Positions 9,209 through 16,806 of a stretch of 36,129 bases of DNA are shown one piece after another. The position numbers and the translations under genes are program-made. Origin of the DNA: an uncultured Myxococcaceae bacterium (GTDB lineage Bacteria > Myxococcota > Myxococcia > Myxococcales > Myxococcaceae). The notes below the pieces were generated by a model that worked only from the letters and a program-made list of their open reading frames with translations, did not search any database and was not told where the DNA came from. The stretch's first letter is position 1. Every line of letters starts with the position of its first letter. Where the stretch lies: positions 1 to 36,129 of the forward strand of contig CAZDSB010000551.1 in assembly GCA_964507515.1 (NCBI GenBank). The letters are read 5' to 3'.

Positions 9209-12133
9209 TTACCGCTTCGGTGGTTGCGAACGAACGCTCGATGTTGCGGCCCGCAGGGTGGGAGCGGAGACCGACACCGGGATGCTGCCCTGGAGCTGAG
9301 GGAGACCGGAGCGGGTCTTCGCTCGCAACGTGGTGGTGCCGGCGGCGACCCCGAGCAAACGTCCGCGCGCTCCGGGCGCATTGGAGACCGCGAGCACGGC
9401 CGGGTCATCGGACGACCACACCACGTCGTCACCCAGCACCTGGGTTGCCCCTCCGGAGAGGGTGGCGATCGCGGTGGCCGTGGTGATGGCACCGACGACG
9501 AGGGCTCCGGGCGCCGCCACCGTCAGCCGGGTGAGCGAGTCCGCGGAGATCTGCAGGGGAACCCCGGCCGTCAGACCGGCGAAGCGCGCGCTGATCGTGG
9601 GTGCGCCGGCACGGACGGTCGTGATCACTCCCGGCTCGACGACGCTGGACACGGTCGCGAGCGTCGGGTCGGAGCTGCTCCACTCCACCAGCGCGGTCGC
9701 CTCCACCGTGGTCCCCTCGGACGTCCGCGCCAGCGCGCGTGCCTGCGGGCGCGTGCCGGCCGCGACACCGCCGTCGGGCAGGAGCAGCGCGAGCGAGGTG
9801 GGCGGTCCGCCGCTCACCGTCACGTGTACGTTCGTCGCCGCTCCACCGACCGGGTGGGCGAACACCTGGGCCGTTCCGGCATCGACACCCCGCGCGGTTC
9901 CTCGATCCGGGCCGGTCCCGCGAAGTCGCAGGATCGTCGGATCCGACGGCGCCCAGGTCACCCAGCGCGTCAGGTCCTGCACCGTGCCGTCGGAGAGGAC
10001 GCCGCTCGCCGTGAAGGAGGAGGGCGCCCAGGTCACGATCGCCGCCGGCGGATGGACGTCGACCTGCTTCAGCGTCGCCGGGCTCACCTGGACCGAGATA
10101 CTGGCGCGGTTCCCGTCGACCTGGGCAGTGAGCACGGCGCTCCCCGGCGCCCGCCCGAGCAGGAGCCCACGCTGGTCAGGCGCATTGGTGACGATCGCCA
10201 CTTTGGGATCGCTCGAGAGCCAGATTGCATCGGCGGTCACGTCGGTCGACTCCCCGGAGCCGTCGACCAGCGTCGCCGCGACCGGGAGGCCCGTGCCCGT
10301 CGCGAGGTTGACCGCTGGCGGCCAGACCTCGAGCGCTCCTGGATCCGGCTCGGCCTCGATGCGCACCTGCGCGTTCGCGGCGCCGAGGCGAGCCCGGAGC
10401 GACGTCACCCCGGCGTCCGCGCCCAGCACCAGACCCGCGCTCGACCCGTCGCCCACGGCGATCACGCCGTCCGTGCCGGCGCTCCAGCTCGCCGCGGAGG
10501 TGACGTCCACCACCGTTCCGTCCGGCCAGTGGCCGACCGCGGCGAGCCGCGTTCGCCCTCCCACCGGAACGCTGGCCCCCGGGGGGACGATCTCCAGCGT
10601 GGGCGTGCCCTCCGGCGCGCGGACCCAGGCCCTGGCGAGCTCGCCGGGGAGGACGGCCGCCACCCCCAGGCGGGCTCCGGGCACCCGCGTGCGGACCGTC
10701 CCGCCGCGCTCCCCGGTGTCGACGTCGATGCCCGCGTCGACCTCGAGCGGCCTCCAGCCCGCGGTCTGGGTGACGTCCTGGACGATTCCCCCGCCGAGGA
10801 TGCGCTCGAACACCAGAGACCCCTCGGCACCGGTGGGAACCACCAGCTCCGGAGGCCACACGTGCCAGCCCTCGACGCCATTCGCCGTCGCCTCGATCGA
10901 GGCCGGCGCGACCAGCGTGCCGTCGGAGGCGATCACCGTCCCCACGCCGAGCTGCTGCCCTGCGCTGACCTCGCCGGCGGAGGACACGGAGAGGGTCGGG
11001 CTGTTGCTGCTCCAGGTCGGGTCGTCCAGCACGAGCGTGCCGTCACGGTGGGTGAGCCAGGCGGTGAGCCGCGCGGTGCCACCCAGCTGGAGCCCGTCGG
11101 GGAGCGCGGGTGAGATCTCCAGCTGTGCCGGTGCGACGGGGGCGACGTGGAGCGCTGCCTGCGCCTGCAGATTGGCCGCGAGCGCGCGGAGCGTCGTGCT
11201 TCCCGGCGCCAGCAGGGTCACCGTGCCCGGCGAGCTGAAGTACCCGACGGTCTGGTCGTCCACGCTCCACTGCACCGAGCGGGTCATGGGCTGTGCCGAA
11301 CCATCGGAGAACAGGCCGGTCGCCTCCACCGCGAGGTCGATTCCCTCCACGCCTTGCGCCAGGAGCGGGGAGATGGACAGCCCGCTGAGGGTGGCGCCGC
11401 TGACGGTCAGCGAGGTGGACCCGGTGAGCTCGAGGTAGCTCGCCTGGATCGTCGACTGGCCGGGGGACTGCGCGGCGAGCCGCCCCCAGCTCCCCGAGCT
11501 CGTCGACACCGACATGACCGAGGGCGCGCTGCTCGACCACTTCACCAGCGAGGTGAGATCGGCATGCGAGCCGTCGCTGAAGAATCCGGTGGCGGTGGCG
11601 CTCCCCGCCGTCCCCGCGGCGTACTGCACTCGATCCGCCACCACCAGCACGCGCTGGAGCGCGGCGTTGCTCACCACGATGGTGGCGGTGCCCGGAAGCT
11701 GCTGGCCGGCGAAGACCATGGTTCCGAGCAGCAGGCCCTGTCCGGGCTTGAGCGCCTGCACCAGCCCACGGGTACCCGGGGTGTTGCTCACCGAGATGAC
11801 GTCGGTGCTCCCCGGGTCGACGCTCCACGTCACGAGCTCGGTCACCAGACCACCGTCGGGAACCGATGGCCCGCCCGAGGAGGTGAGGGTGGCGACGGCC
11901 TGCGTGCTTGCGCCGGCGGGGAGGATGGACGGATCCGCGGACAGCGCCAGCGTCGCGCTGACCCGCGGCCCGGTCTGACAGGATCCCTGCCGGGAGCCGA
12001 GCGGCACCGCGCAGTACTGGCGGACCGGGCAGTTCTCGTTGGTGTTGCAGGTCGCGCCGGTGAGGTCGAGCTTGCAGCCGGAGAGGAGGAGCAGCCCGAG
12101 CGCTCCCGCAACCGCGGTTCGCGCCGGTCGCAC
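9209..12133 (-). CDS. Large lipoprotein with ~10 bacterial Ig-like (Big_2) domains
   Basis: GTG at 12133 lies 1 nt after the upstream gene's TAG (12135-12137) and gives VRPARTAVAGALGLLLLSGC (lipobox LSGC). A Cys-rich segment follows (CNTNENCPVRQYC..). Then come ~10 repeats of the Big_2-like pattern W(S/A)S.DP.(V/I)A.VS...G....G...G...(I/L). The upstream 66 codons of the track ORF are Arg/Ser/Pro junk overlapping the neighbouring gene. Confidence 0.8.
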   Translation of the reverse strand: MRPARTAVAGALGLLLLSGCKLDLTGATCNTNENCPVRQYCAVPLGSRQGSCQTGPRVSATLALSADPSILPAGASTQAVATLTSSGGPSVPDGGLVTELVTWSVDPGSTDVISVSNTPGTRGLVQALKPGQGLLLGTMVFAGQQLPGTATIVVSNAALQRVLVVADRVQYAAGTAGSATATGFFSDGSHADLTSLVKWSSSAPSVMSVSTSSGSWGRLAAQSPGQSTIQASYLELTGSTSLTVSGATLSGLSISPLLAQGVEGIDLAVEATGLFSDGSAQPMTRSVQWSVDDQTVGYFSSPGTVTLLAPGSTTLRALAANLQAQAALHVAPVAPAQLEISPALPDGLQLGGTARLTAWLTHRDGTLVLDDPTWSSNSPTLSVSSAGEVSAGQQLGVGTVIASDGTLVAPASIEATANGVEGWHVWPPELVVPTGAEGSLVFERILGGGIVQDVTQTAGWRPLEVDAGIDVDTGERGGTVRTRVPGARLGVAAVLPGELARAWVRAPEGTPTLEIVPPGASVPVGGRTRLAAVGHWPDGTVVDVTSAASWSAGTDGVIAVGDGSSAGLVLGADAGVTSLRARLGAANAQVRIEAEPDPGALEVWPPAVNLATGTGLPVAATLVDGSGESTDVTADAIWLSSDPKVAIVTNAPDQRGLLLGRAPGSAVLTAQVDGNRASISVQVSPATLKQVDVHPPAAIVTWAPSSFTASGVLSDGTVQDLTRWVTWAPSDPTILRLRGTGPDRGTARGVDAGTAQVFAHPVGGAATNVHVTVSGGPPTSLALLLPDGGVAAGTRPQARALARTSEGTTVEATALVEWSSSDPTLATVSSVVEPGVITTVRAGAPTISARFAGLTAGVPLQISADSLTRLTVAAPGALVVGAITTATAIATLSGGATQVLGDDVVWSSDDPAVLAVSNAPGARGRLLGVAAGTTTLRAKTRSGLPQLQGSIPVSVSAPTLRAATSSVRSQPPKR

Positions 12134-12134
12134 G

Positions 12135-13001
12135 CTAGCGAGCCTCCGCGGGCGCCCCGAAGTGTGGCTCGAGGAAGAAGAGGGCGATCGCCGCCGCACC
12201 GGCGATCCCCGCGGCAGCGTAGAAGCCGTTGGCCGCGTTGCTGCGCGCGACGGCCGTGTCGTAGACCTGCTGGACCTGGTCCGGGCTGCGCGGGGTCCCG
12301 TCCTTGAGCTTGTCCTGTGCCTGGTTCGCACTCACCCCAAAGGTGATGCCCGCGGCGAGGCTGACGGCTGCGAGGCCGGTGGCGACCCAGGTCCAGCGCC
12401 GGGGCTGTGTCTTCGCGAGCGGTACCGCGTCGCGGACGGCTGCCTCCGGTACTCGTTCGGTGCCGCTGGCCAGCGGAAGGAGCGGGACCAGGGACAGCTC
12501 GAGCTGTACGCGACCTCCCGGAGCGAGCTCCACCTCGCGCTCGAGCGGCTGATAGCCGTCCTGCGCGGCCCCGACGCGGTGGGTTCCCGGAGCGAGGCGC
12601 ACCGACACCGGAGAGTTACCCGCGGGCTCGCCGTCCACCGCCACCGGGGAGGGCGGTTCCACCGAGATGCGCAGCGATGCCTCCAGCGGCAGCCGTGCGC
12701 GCAGCTCCTGGATGCGCGAGGCGACCGCGGCCCGGTCCGGTGCTTCCGTCGCCGCGGCGAGGTAGGCGGTGTACGAGTCCACCGCGTCGGCGAGCTGCCC
12801 CAGCCGCTCCTGGCACCGCGCGATGTTGAAGAGGGACTGCGGCGCAGGGGCGCGCGCCTGGGCGGCCTCGAACGCGGCCAGCGCGGCGCGGAAATCACCC
12901 GCGCGGTACAGCGCCGCACCCCTCTCGAAGTCGGCCCGGGCCTGCTCCACGTCGCCGGGAGGGGTGGAGAGCAGAAGGCCAGCCATCACCACCGCCAGCA
13001 T
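12135..13001 (-). CDS. TPR-like + PEGA domain membrane protein
   Basis: 288 aa. N-terminal TPR-like helices (ARADFERGAALYRAGDFRAALAAFEAAQ..FNIARCQERLG). PEGA-like beta domain (RISVEPPSPVAVDGEPAGNSPVSVRLAPGTHRV). C-terminal hydrophobic segments. Packed between the kinase and the Big_2 gene. Confidence 0.7.
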   Translation of the reverse strand: MLAVVMAGLLLSTPPGDVEQARADFERGAALYRAGDFRAALAAFEAAQARAPAPQSLFNIARCQERLGQLADAVDSYTAYLAAATEAPDRAAVASRIQELRARLPLEASLRISVEPPSPVAVDGEPAGNSPVSVRLAPGTHRVGAAQDGYQPLEREVELAPGGRVQLELSLVPLLPLASGTERVPEAAVRDAVPLAKTQPRRWTWVATGLAAVSLAAGITFGVSANQAQDKLKDGTPRSPDQVQQVYDTAVARSNAANGFYAAAGIAGAAAIALFFLEPHFGAPAEAR

Positions 13002-13028
13002 CTGGGGGTGACCCTAGACCAAGGGCGC

Positions 13029-14873
13029 TCAGTACGGCGAGGCCTTGAGGTCGTCGAGGCCGGGGGCGACGGAGGCCGGAGGCAGGTGCGCGGTGACCAC
13101 CAGACCGCTGCGTGCCCGCACCCGTTCGGCGATCGACACCCGCCCCTGGGCCTCGAAGACCAGGAGCAGCGTGCGGTCCGGTGGCAGGCGCACCGAGAGT
13201 GGCGTGTGGCCGAGCAGTTGCCCGTGGAGGGTGACGCGTGCGCCAGCCGGGGTGGAGTTCAGCTCCACCGGTACGGCGACCGGCCGCGGAGCCCGCGCGG
13301 GCGCCGGCGCGGAGGGCGGCGGGGCGGGCGCCTCGGCGCGCTGCGGCTCCATAGCGGCGGAGGCGGCAGGCGCCGGCGGAACCGCGGGGGCGGGAGTCGG
13401 CGGAGCACTGCGCGTCGTCGCTGCGGTCGCCGGCGGGAGCGGGCGTATGCCACGGACGCCGAGGAGAATCAGGCCTGCCACGCCGGCGAGGGCGATTGTC
13501 GCGAGAACGCCGTGCATCCACGGCCGGACGGGCACCCGCGGCAGGGGAGGAGGCAGCTCGTGTCCGCCGAGCACGGCCTCGAGCGCGGCCTCCACCTCGG
13601 CCATCGTGCCGGGACGGTCGCCGGCGGCCTTCGCCATCATCCGTCCCACGAGATCCGCCAGCGCCGGGGGGAGGGGGCCGTGCGGGCCGTGCGCGGGCAG
13701 CCGGGGGACGGGCGAGAGGAGATGCGCGGCGAGGACGTGGGTGGCGCTGGCCCCGACGTACGGCGGGGCGCCGGTGAGCAGCTCGAAGAGCAGCACTCCC
13801 AGGGCGTAGACGTCGCAGCGCCCGTCCTGGCGCTGTCCGGCGGCCTGCTCGGGTGACATGTAGTGCGGCGTTCCGAAGATGACCCCGGCTGCCGTCTCCC
13901 GGGCGTCGCGCGGCCCCTCGGAGAGCCGGGCGATGCCGAAGTCAGCGAGCTTGGCGCTCCCGTCGCGCGCGAGGAGCACGTTCTCCGGCTTGATGTCGCG
14001 GTGGTAGATGCCCCGGGCGTGCGCGGCGCCGAGCGCGCGGGCCAGCTCGCGCACCAGCGACATCGCCTCGGCCGGGATGAAGGGCCCGAGCCGTGCCAGC
14101 CGGCGCGCGAGCGTCTCGCCCTCCACCAGCTCCATCGCGAGGTAGAAGCGCCCATCCGGCGTTCGTCCGAAGTCGGTGACCTCGACGATGCCGGGGTGAC
14201 GGATCTGGCTCGCGGCGACCGCCTCGCGCTGGAAGCGGCGGACCATGTCCGCGTGCGCGCCGTGCGAGGCCCGCAGCACCTTGACCGCGACGGTGTTGCC
14301 GAGCGCGAGGTGCTCGGCACGATAGACGGCGCCCATGCCTCCGCGGCCCACCAGGTCGTGGATCCGGTAGCGCTCGGCGAGCACCGTGTCCGGCGCGAGT
14401 GGCGGCTCCTCGTCCTCGGTGGCGGGTCCGCCGGGCGGTGCCGTCATCGACCGGCGCGCTACGGTGAGCAGCACCGCGCCGACCTGGAGCTGCGTTCCCT
14501 CGCCGATCGCCCCGGCCGTCCGAGGCTCGCCGTCCACGAGGGTCGGCCACCGGCCACCGAGGTGCACGAACTCGAGGCCGCCCCGAGCCTCGATGAAGCG
14601 CAGATGTCGTGGCGCAACTCCGTCGTCGGAGAGGACGAGCTCGCAGTCGCGCGAGCTCCCCAGCACCGCGCCGCTCCGTGGAACCACGAGCACGGTACCC
14701 GCGGCACGACCGGTGTGCAGACGCAGCTCCCACCCGTCGCCCAGCAAGGGCGCGGGACCGACCCCCACCCGGGCGGTTTCCAGGTCCACGTCCACCTTGG
14801 AAGCGGAGCATAGGCCATCGGACGCTCCAGGCATGCCTGGCGACGTCCCGGGCTTGCGTGCGAGCAGGCGCAT
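13029..14873 (-). CDS. Ser/Thr protein kinase with N-terminal FHA domain, TM segment and C-terminal PEGA domain
   Basis: FHA-like region: GSSRDCELVLSDDGVAPRHLRF..LVDGEP. Hanks kinase motifs: GRGGMGAVYRAEH, VAVKVL, HRDIKPENVLL, DFG, YMSPEQ. TM segment: VLATIALAGVAGLILLGV. Pro/Ala linker, then PEGA (ELNSTPAGARVTLHGQLLGHTPLSV). The start may instead be ATG 14834. Confidence 0.9.
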   Translation of the reverse strand: MRLLARKPGTSPGMPGASDGLCSASKVDVDLETARVGVGPAPLLGDGWELRLHTGRAAGTVLVVPRSGAVLGSSRDCELVLSDDGVAPRHLRFIEARGGLEFVHLGGRWPTLVDGEPRTAGAIGEGTQLQVGAVLLTVARRSMTAPPGGPATEDEEPPLAPDTVLAERYRIHDLVGRGGMGAVYRAEHLALGNTVAVKVLRASHGAHADMVRRFQREAVAASQIRHPGIVEVTDFGRTPDGRFYLAMELVEGETLARRLARLGPFIPAEAMSLVRELARALGAAHARGIYHRDIKPENVLLARDGSAKLADFGIARLSEGPRDARETAAGVIFGTPHYMSPEQAAGQRQDGRCDVYALGVLLFELLTGAPPYVGASATHVLAAHLLSPVPRLPAHGPHGPLPPALADLVGRMMAKAAGDRPGTMAEVEAALEAVLGGHELPPPLPRVPVRPWMHGVLATIALAGVAGLILLGVRGIRPLPPATAATTRSAPPTPAPAVPPAPAASAAMEPQRAEAPAPPPSAPAPARAPRPVAVPVELNSTPAGARVTLHGQLLGHTPLSVRLPPDRTLLLVFEAQGRVSIAERVRARSGLVVTAHLPPASVAPGLDDLKASPY

Positions 14874-14890
14874 CCGCAGCTTGGCGCGCC

Positions 14891-15712
14891 GTGGCGACCG
14901 GTCAGGGAAGGGGGGGAAGGCGGGTCCTGGCGACCCTGGCCTGCGCGGTGCTGGCAGGCTGCGGTGCCAGCGGATCCACGTCGTTCGTTCCGGATGGAGG
15001 TGTTCAGCCCGACGGTGGCGGAGATGGCGGCCCCGACGCGTCGACGCCCGTCGTCTGGTTCCAGCGCGACGCCGGCGTGAAGATCATGCCGCTCGGCGAC
15101 TCCATCACCGAGGGCGCGCAGGCGGAGATCGGCGGATACCGCTGGCCGCTGGAGGACCTCCTCGTCGACGCGGGCTACGCGTTCGACTACGTGGGAAGCC
15201 TTCGCACGGGATCGCCGGCGGCGATGCCCCGGCCGTGGCACGAGGGTCACGGCGGCTACCAGATCGAGTCGGCGGACGGCGGGAACCAGCTCGAGGGCGC
15301 CCTCGTCGACACGGCGCTGCGGACCTACGATCCGGACGTCATCCTCCTCCTCGCCGGGACCAACAACCTCAACTACCCGGACACGCTCGATCCCGACAAG
15401 ACGTCGGCGATGTATGACCGGCTGCTCGCGCAGATCTTCGGACTCTCGCCCGGCGTGTGCGTCGTCGCCTCGCCGGTGCCGTGGAAGACGTCGGTGCCTT
15501 CGGATCAGGTGACCGCGTTCAATCAGCGGGTGGCGGCGATCGTCGATCGCTACGCCGACGCCGGGTACCGCATCACCTGGGTGGCAGGAATGACCGACGC
15601 CATCGACGGCGGGGTGGAGAACCTCCCCGACGGGATCCACCCCTCGCAGCCGGCGTACGGACGCATGGCCGGGCAGTGGTTCCAGGCGCTGGAGTCGGTC
15701 AGCGGGCCGTGA
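14891..15712 (+). CDS. SGNH/GDSL-family hydrolase lipoprotein
   Basis: In-frame GTG 14891 gives MATGQGRGGRRVLATLACAVLAGC (lipobox LAGC). SGNH blocks: IMPLGDSITEG, LLLAGTNNL, PDGIHPS. The track start at 14609 would overlap the divergent kinase gene. Confidence 0.75.
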   Translation: MATGQGRGGRRVLATLACAVLAGCGASGSTSFVPDGGVQPDGGGDGGPDASTPVVWFQRDAGVKIMPLGDSITEGAQAEIGGYRWPLEDLLVDAGYAFDYVGSLRTGSPAAMPRPWHEGHGGYQIESADGGNQLEGALVDTALRTYDPDVILLLAGTNNLNYPDTLDPDKTSAMYDRLLAQIFGLSPGVCVVASPVPWKTSVPSDQVTAFNQRVAAIVDRYADAGYRITWVAGMTDAIDGGVENLPDGIHPSQPAYGRMAGQWFQALESVSGP

Positions 15713-16739
15713 GGCCCGGACCGAGCGTCTCCAGGGCAGCGAGCACCTGTTCGGGCGTGGTGTCCTGCATGCAGCGGTGGTGACTCTCGGGGCACCGCTC
15801 CTTGCCGGCGCGGTTGCACGGGCGACAGGGGAGGGGCTGGGTGACGATGCGCGCGTGCGCGACCGGTGCGACCGAGGCCGGGTCGTTCGGCCCGAAGAGC
15901 AGGACCGTGGGGACGCCGAGCGCCACCCCGGCGTGCGAGAGCCCCGAATCGAGCCCCACCGCAGCCGCGGCGAGCGAGAGCTCGGACAGCGTGTCCGCGA
16001 CGCTCGCGCCGGTGCGATCGACCGCCGAGCCCGGGGCCGCCGCTGCGATCTCCCGCGCGCGGGTCCGGTCCGCGTCTCCGCCGACCAGCAGCATCTGCGC
16101 GCCCCTGGCCGCGAGGCGCTCCACCAGCCCCCGGGCATGCGGCACCGGCCAGCGCTTGGTGGGCCAGCCACCACCGACGTGAAGCGCGACCAGCGGCCGT
16201 CCTTCCCGGAACCCGGCGCTCGCGAGCCGCCGGCGTGCGTCCTCCCGGGCCGGGTCGCCCACCACGAGGCGTGCGGGCGCCCCGGTGCGGAGACCGAGCG
16301 CCGTCGCCAGACGCTCGAAGCGCCGCGAGAACACCACCTCGAAGGGGCGGACCGGCGCGACGTGGGTGAGCAGCAGCCGCTCCGGACCGCCACCGAATCC
16401 GACCCGGGTCCATGCGCCCGAGCGCAGCAGGAGCCACGCCGAGCGCGCGGAACGGACCGGCGTCACCGCCAGGTCGAACCGCCCCGGTCCGAGCGCCCGG
16501 AGCGCGTCCGCCACCGAAGTGCGCGCCGACATCGGGCCGGTGGAGCGCACGATGTCGACCGACGGCGCGTGGCGAAGGACGTCCGCGCCCTGGTCGTGGC
16601 TCAGGGCCACCAGCTCCGAGCCCGGGAAGCCCGCGCGCAGGTCGCTCAGCAGGGGGAGGGCGAACACCACGTCGCCGATCCCGCCCTTCAGGAAGACGAG
16701 GACGCGTTGCCGCGCGTCATCCCGCCGTGGGGTCACCAT
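15699..16739 (-). CDS. Glycosyltransferase family 9 (heptosyltransferase-like)
   Basis: 346 aa. The N-terminus RVLVFLKGGIGDVVFALPLLSDLR and the block VGGDADR..GLDSGLSHAGVALGVPTVLLFGP are typical of GT9 enzymes. Confidence 0.8.
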   Translation of the reverse strand: MVTPRRDDARQRVLVFLKGGIGDVVFALPLLSDLRAGFPGSELVALSHDQGADVLRHAPSVDIVRSTGPMSARTSVADALRALGPGRFDLAVTPVRSARSAWLLLRSGAWTRVGFGGGPERLLLTHVAPVRPFEVVFSRRFERLATALGLRTGAPARLVVGDPAREDARRRLASAGFREGRPLVALHVGGGWPTKRWPVPHARGLVERLAARGAQMLLVGGDADRTRAREIAAAAPGSAVDRTGASVADTLSELSLAAAAVGLDSGLSHAGVALGVPTVLLFGPNDPASVAPVAHARIVTQPLPCRPCNRAGKERCPESHHRCMQDTTPEQVLAALETLGPGLTAR

Positions 16740-16806
16740 GCGCTCCGACGTTGGCAGCGGATTCCCGTTCGGTCCACCCCGGACCGTGCTCTAGGGTCGC
16801 CGCTCC

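Noticed and set aside
9031-9486. Plus-strand 151-aa ORF starting MVQLVPALGALAGC (lipobox-like)
   Set aside because: It shares wobble positions with the minus-strand coding-like frame, is Cys/Ser/Thr-rich as expected for an antisense shadow, and would overlap ~280 nt of the Big_2 gene.
9224-11438. 629-aa and 702-aa plus-strand ORFs opposite the Big_2 lipoprotein gene
   Set aside because: Arg/Gly/Asp or Ser/Thr/Pro-rich junk. The minus-strand frame shows ten regular Ig-like repeats and a lipobox.
14953-14970. Minus-strand CTGGCACCGCAGCCTGCC as a sigma-54 promoter ~80 bp upstream of the kinase operon
   Set aside because: GG-to-GC spacing is 11 nt rather than 10, the -12 element is CTGC rather than TTGC, and the site lies inside the SGNH signal-peptide coding region.
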